From Pseudogymnoascus verrucosus (lineage: Eukaryota): DNA of 64,000 nucleotides. Both the position numbers and the translations under genes were made by a program. How positions within the stretch are numbered: the stretch's first letter is position 1; every line of letters begins with the position of its first letter. Below, piece after piece: positions 61,303 through 64,000 of the stretch. The notes under the pieces were generated by a model. It worked only from the letters and a program-made list of their open reading frames with translations, did not search any database and had not been told where the DNA came from. Where the stretch lies: the NCBI GenBank assembly GCA_001662655.1, contig KV460215.1; one strand, written 5' to 3'.

Positions 61303-62709
61303 CTATCCAACCTCTATCTCTTGCATAAACTTAGGCATGTCAAGAGTTCTCTGGCTCTCCTCGTCCGTAAGTGTCCATGCGGAATCTGTAAATGGCGCCG
61401 TTCTAATCCACTTCGTCCATTTCTGGACCACTGCAATAGCCTTTGCAGCAGGAGCTTGAACCCATTCTATGTGTTCCTTCGGACAGGCTTCACAAATTAC
61501 TATAACAGTATGACACTTCAGATCCGCTAAACACAGGCCTTCAACACGATTGGCGTGAGGAATCTTCTCTACAGCCCCAAGGGGATATATGACCTTAGGC
61601 AACCTGTCGCATTCGGTCTTCCACTCTGCCGAGCGAGCCTCAATGGTCCTCGTAGTAAATCCTATTTTAACGAAGCCTTGGTTACCCTCGACCTCGTATA
61701 TATAAACATGGCCTTCGTGCAACTCTTGCTCCTTCAAAGGCTCCTTCATCTTGTCTCGGACCAACGAATAACAAGCCAGGTAATCTGAAGGTCTATCCTC
61801 ATCTATTTTAGTGATGAAAGCGCTCGTATCGTCGGCGTCGTCCCAGAACTCCGCTGGGTCAGCCTGAAACTTGTGTGACAATCCCGTGTTGCCTGCCAAT
61901 TTGAACAGTCGATCTTGCACAGTATAGGCTTTGTAAATCGCGGTGATACGCGACTTCCGTTCTGCCACCCATTTGGGAATCTGATCAGTATGATTATAAC
62001 AAAACATATTAACGGCAAGAACCTTGAGGAGAAACGTGAGGTTGTCATCGTTCGAGTAGTGTTCTAGCTTGGTGATCATGGCAACCGTTTTTTTGCCTTT
62101 GCGAACTCTTTTGCCTCCAATTTTGAACATACACGGCGTGCTATCGTGGTCACGCTTTGCCCCTAGACAGGTATACGCGGAGGTGTATTGGAAGCAATCC
62201 AATACGCCTTCTATTTCATTTTCAATCGGTTCGATTGGCACTGCCTTCTCGTCTCCAACTGGAAAAACCTTCTTCCAGACCTTGATTCGAGCGGCTTTCG
62301 GTTTGGGTTTAATGTGGTACTTGCAAAAAGCTACCACTGCAAGCATCTCAAGCTGGTCTGGAAGCTCCCGGGACGCTTGAGTTAGCGTTGTCATAGACCC
62401 GATCTGACTTGTAATGTCACTAGGATTAGGGTTATTGCATGGAGGGTTTCCCTCCTTCTTTGTAGGAGACCCGCATTTTCCGATGCCGAGGCCTAAGAGA
62501 GTTGTTAGAGCCGCAGGGTCCATCGGAGCTGCGAGAGCTATAGCTTTGACGGTCTCCACAGATCCATTCTTCGAAGGTGTTGTTGGAGGGGTAGGTGCGT
62601 AATTGCTAGCTCTTGTTGGAGAGCGTTCATTCTGGCGTGCTTGGTCCCCATCGATCCTCACCCTCGGCGGGGAGGGCGTATTCGGGGGACTGGGATAAGA
62701 TGATGACAT
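61303..62709 (-). CDS. T5orf172/MUG113-like (GIY-YIG superfamily) domain protein, intronless
   Basis: GHVYIY..GFVKIGFTTRTIEARSAEWKTEC..HANRVEGL..CEACPKEHIEW; likely ATG at 62709 (MSSSYPSPPNTP). Confidence 0.8.
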   Translation of the reverse strand: MSSSYPSPPNTPSPPRVRIDGDQARQNERSPTRASNYAPTPPTTPSKNGSVETVKAIALAAPMDPAALTTLLGLGIGKCGSPTKKEGNPPCNNPNPSDITSQIGSMTTLTQASRELPDQLEMLAVVAFCKYHIKPKPKAARIKVWKKVFPVGDEKAVPIEPIENEIEGVLDCFQYTSAYTCLGAKRDHDSTPCMFKIGGKRVRKGKKTVAMITKLEHYSNDDNLTFLLKVLAVNMFCYNHTDQIPKWVAERKSRITAIYKAYTVQDRLFKLAGNTGLSHKFQADPAEFWDDADDTSAFITKIDEDRPSDYLACYSLVRDKMKEPLKEQELHEGHVYIYEVEGNQGFVKIGFTTRTIEARSAEWKTECDRLPKVIYPLGAVEKIPHANRVEGLCLADLKCHTVIVICEACPKEHIEWVQAPAAKAIAVVQKWTKWIRTAPFTDSAWTLTDEESQRTLDMPKFMQEIEVG

Positions 62710-64000
62710 GTTGTGTTCTATCGCGGGAATGGTTCGACACTGTAATTTGGCCTGACTGTTAATCATACAATAGAGGCCAGTTTCCAGTTGGATTGAAAGT
62801 GGGCTGCGACTAGAGGTCTTCAAGCTAGGCACAGGATGTGAAATGAGGTACCAGGAGCAGTAACTTCAAGCGTGCCTAGAACAATCGGGCGGGCAGTTAG
62901 ATAATATAATCATTGCTTAGAAGCGAGAGAGTATTCCGTAGATGCTGTGAACGAAGGAGATGAGCCAGCAGGCCAGGCAAGCGAGGAGCCCGATGGGAGC
63001 CTAAATGTTGCGCGACCAGGAGGGAAGGCTGTGCTCATAGTTAGGCGCCGGGCCGTACCCACCGCGTACTTCATGGGGGGGGACGGACCTTCCCAGGAGA
63101 AATCGTGGCGTTTCACGCCCGAAACAGCACGTTTTCTCTGGAGAATCGTCGAGTTCCCTGGTTGGGTCTTGGTTTGGCTGGTGGCCCAGGCACGGCTTGA
63201 CAGGGTTTTGGGGGGTATCCCCTAGGCCTACAAGCAACATACGTAGACCCGTAGAATAGATAGCAATTCAATTGATTATATTATAATTATCCTATATACT
63301 GTACTCTACTGTGTGGCTTCTGTTAAGTCGTGCCAACACTGATCACGGTAGCCGGGGATGCCATACACATTGGCCTGGTTCCCATAGTCCAGGGTTACCT
63401 CTAACAGTCGCCAAACACTATAGGTCGAACACCACGATCTAGACTATGGTATATAGAAGTGTGTATTTTATTATTTAAAATATAAATAATAATAATATAG
63501 TAGGAGCACTAAGGAAAAAAATATGTTGCAGGTCCTGTATGTATCCTCAGATCGTACGGATAGGTCAAAATCATGACGGATAGGATATATCCGGATCAGT
63601 ATCCGGATCGGGTCGGGTCATTCACGATCTGTGCCGAACGCTGTAAAATAACAGTACGCCTAAGTTATCGTCTCTTGTTATTAAGTTCTCAAATAACTCA
63701 TCGTGAACATTGGGGGTGTTGATGGTTTCGGACAGTGGCACAGACATTTAGTCGTGTTGTTTCACCCCAGCATTAATTTACATGAACTATTAACAAGTCC
63801 AACCTCGATGACTCTAACCAACGGCTGCTGTTAGAATATTTTGTATGGATCCACATATGCCAACTTTAGCGTTAGACCGCGATGATGATGCCACGGTCCG
63901 CGGCTCGTTCCCTGAGCCTCTTTAAGCGCCCAAAAGTGTCTCACCACATCGCGACCAAAGCCCATCTAATCGAAGAAGGAACGCTGAAGCACTATAACCC

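Overview
Eukaryotic, intron-containing genomic DNA from a filamentous ascomycete (GT..AG introns of about 45-110 nt with CTRAY branch points; a Leotiomycete is my guess, not verified). About 21 protein-coding genes are supported. Most are housekeeping: CCDC137-like, AIM6, a UBC6/UBE2J-type E2, RPS19, MVP1, acyl-CoA thioesterase, uL15m, a GT90/CAP10 glycosyltransferase, an Adr1/AmdX-type C2H2 factor behind a ~10.8 kb gene-free region, a DUF2235 hydrolase, a LaeA-like methyltransferase, SCC3, UreD, U1-70K, mL43 and TPI1. The most interesting candidate is an intronless gene (10618-12702) between RPS19 and MVP1 that fuses an SsdA/DYW-like zinc deaminase (SGW, HVE, PCxxC) to C-terminal chromo-like domains, i.e. 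a possible chromatin-targeted nucleic-acid editor or mutator. Other signals: a highly structured 425-nt TPI1 intron closed by a 16-bp stem, a probable autoregulatory alternative-donor intron in U1-70K, a membrane-anchored alpha/beta-hydrolase fused to a DUSP11-like RNA triphosphatase, and an accessory-looking right end (repeat-flanked orphan gene with an in-frame TAG, T5orf172/GIY-YIG gene). All family assignments are from motif recognition only; no database searches were run, and exon boundaries are manual predictions.
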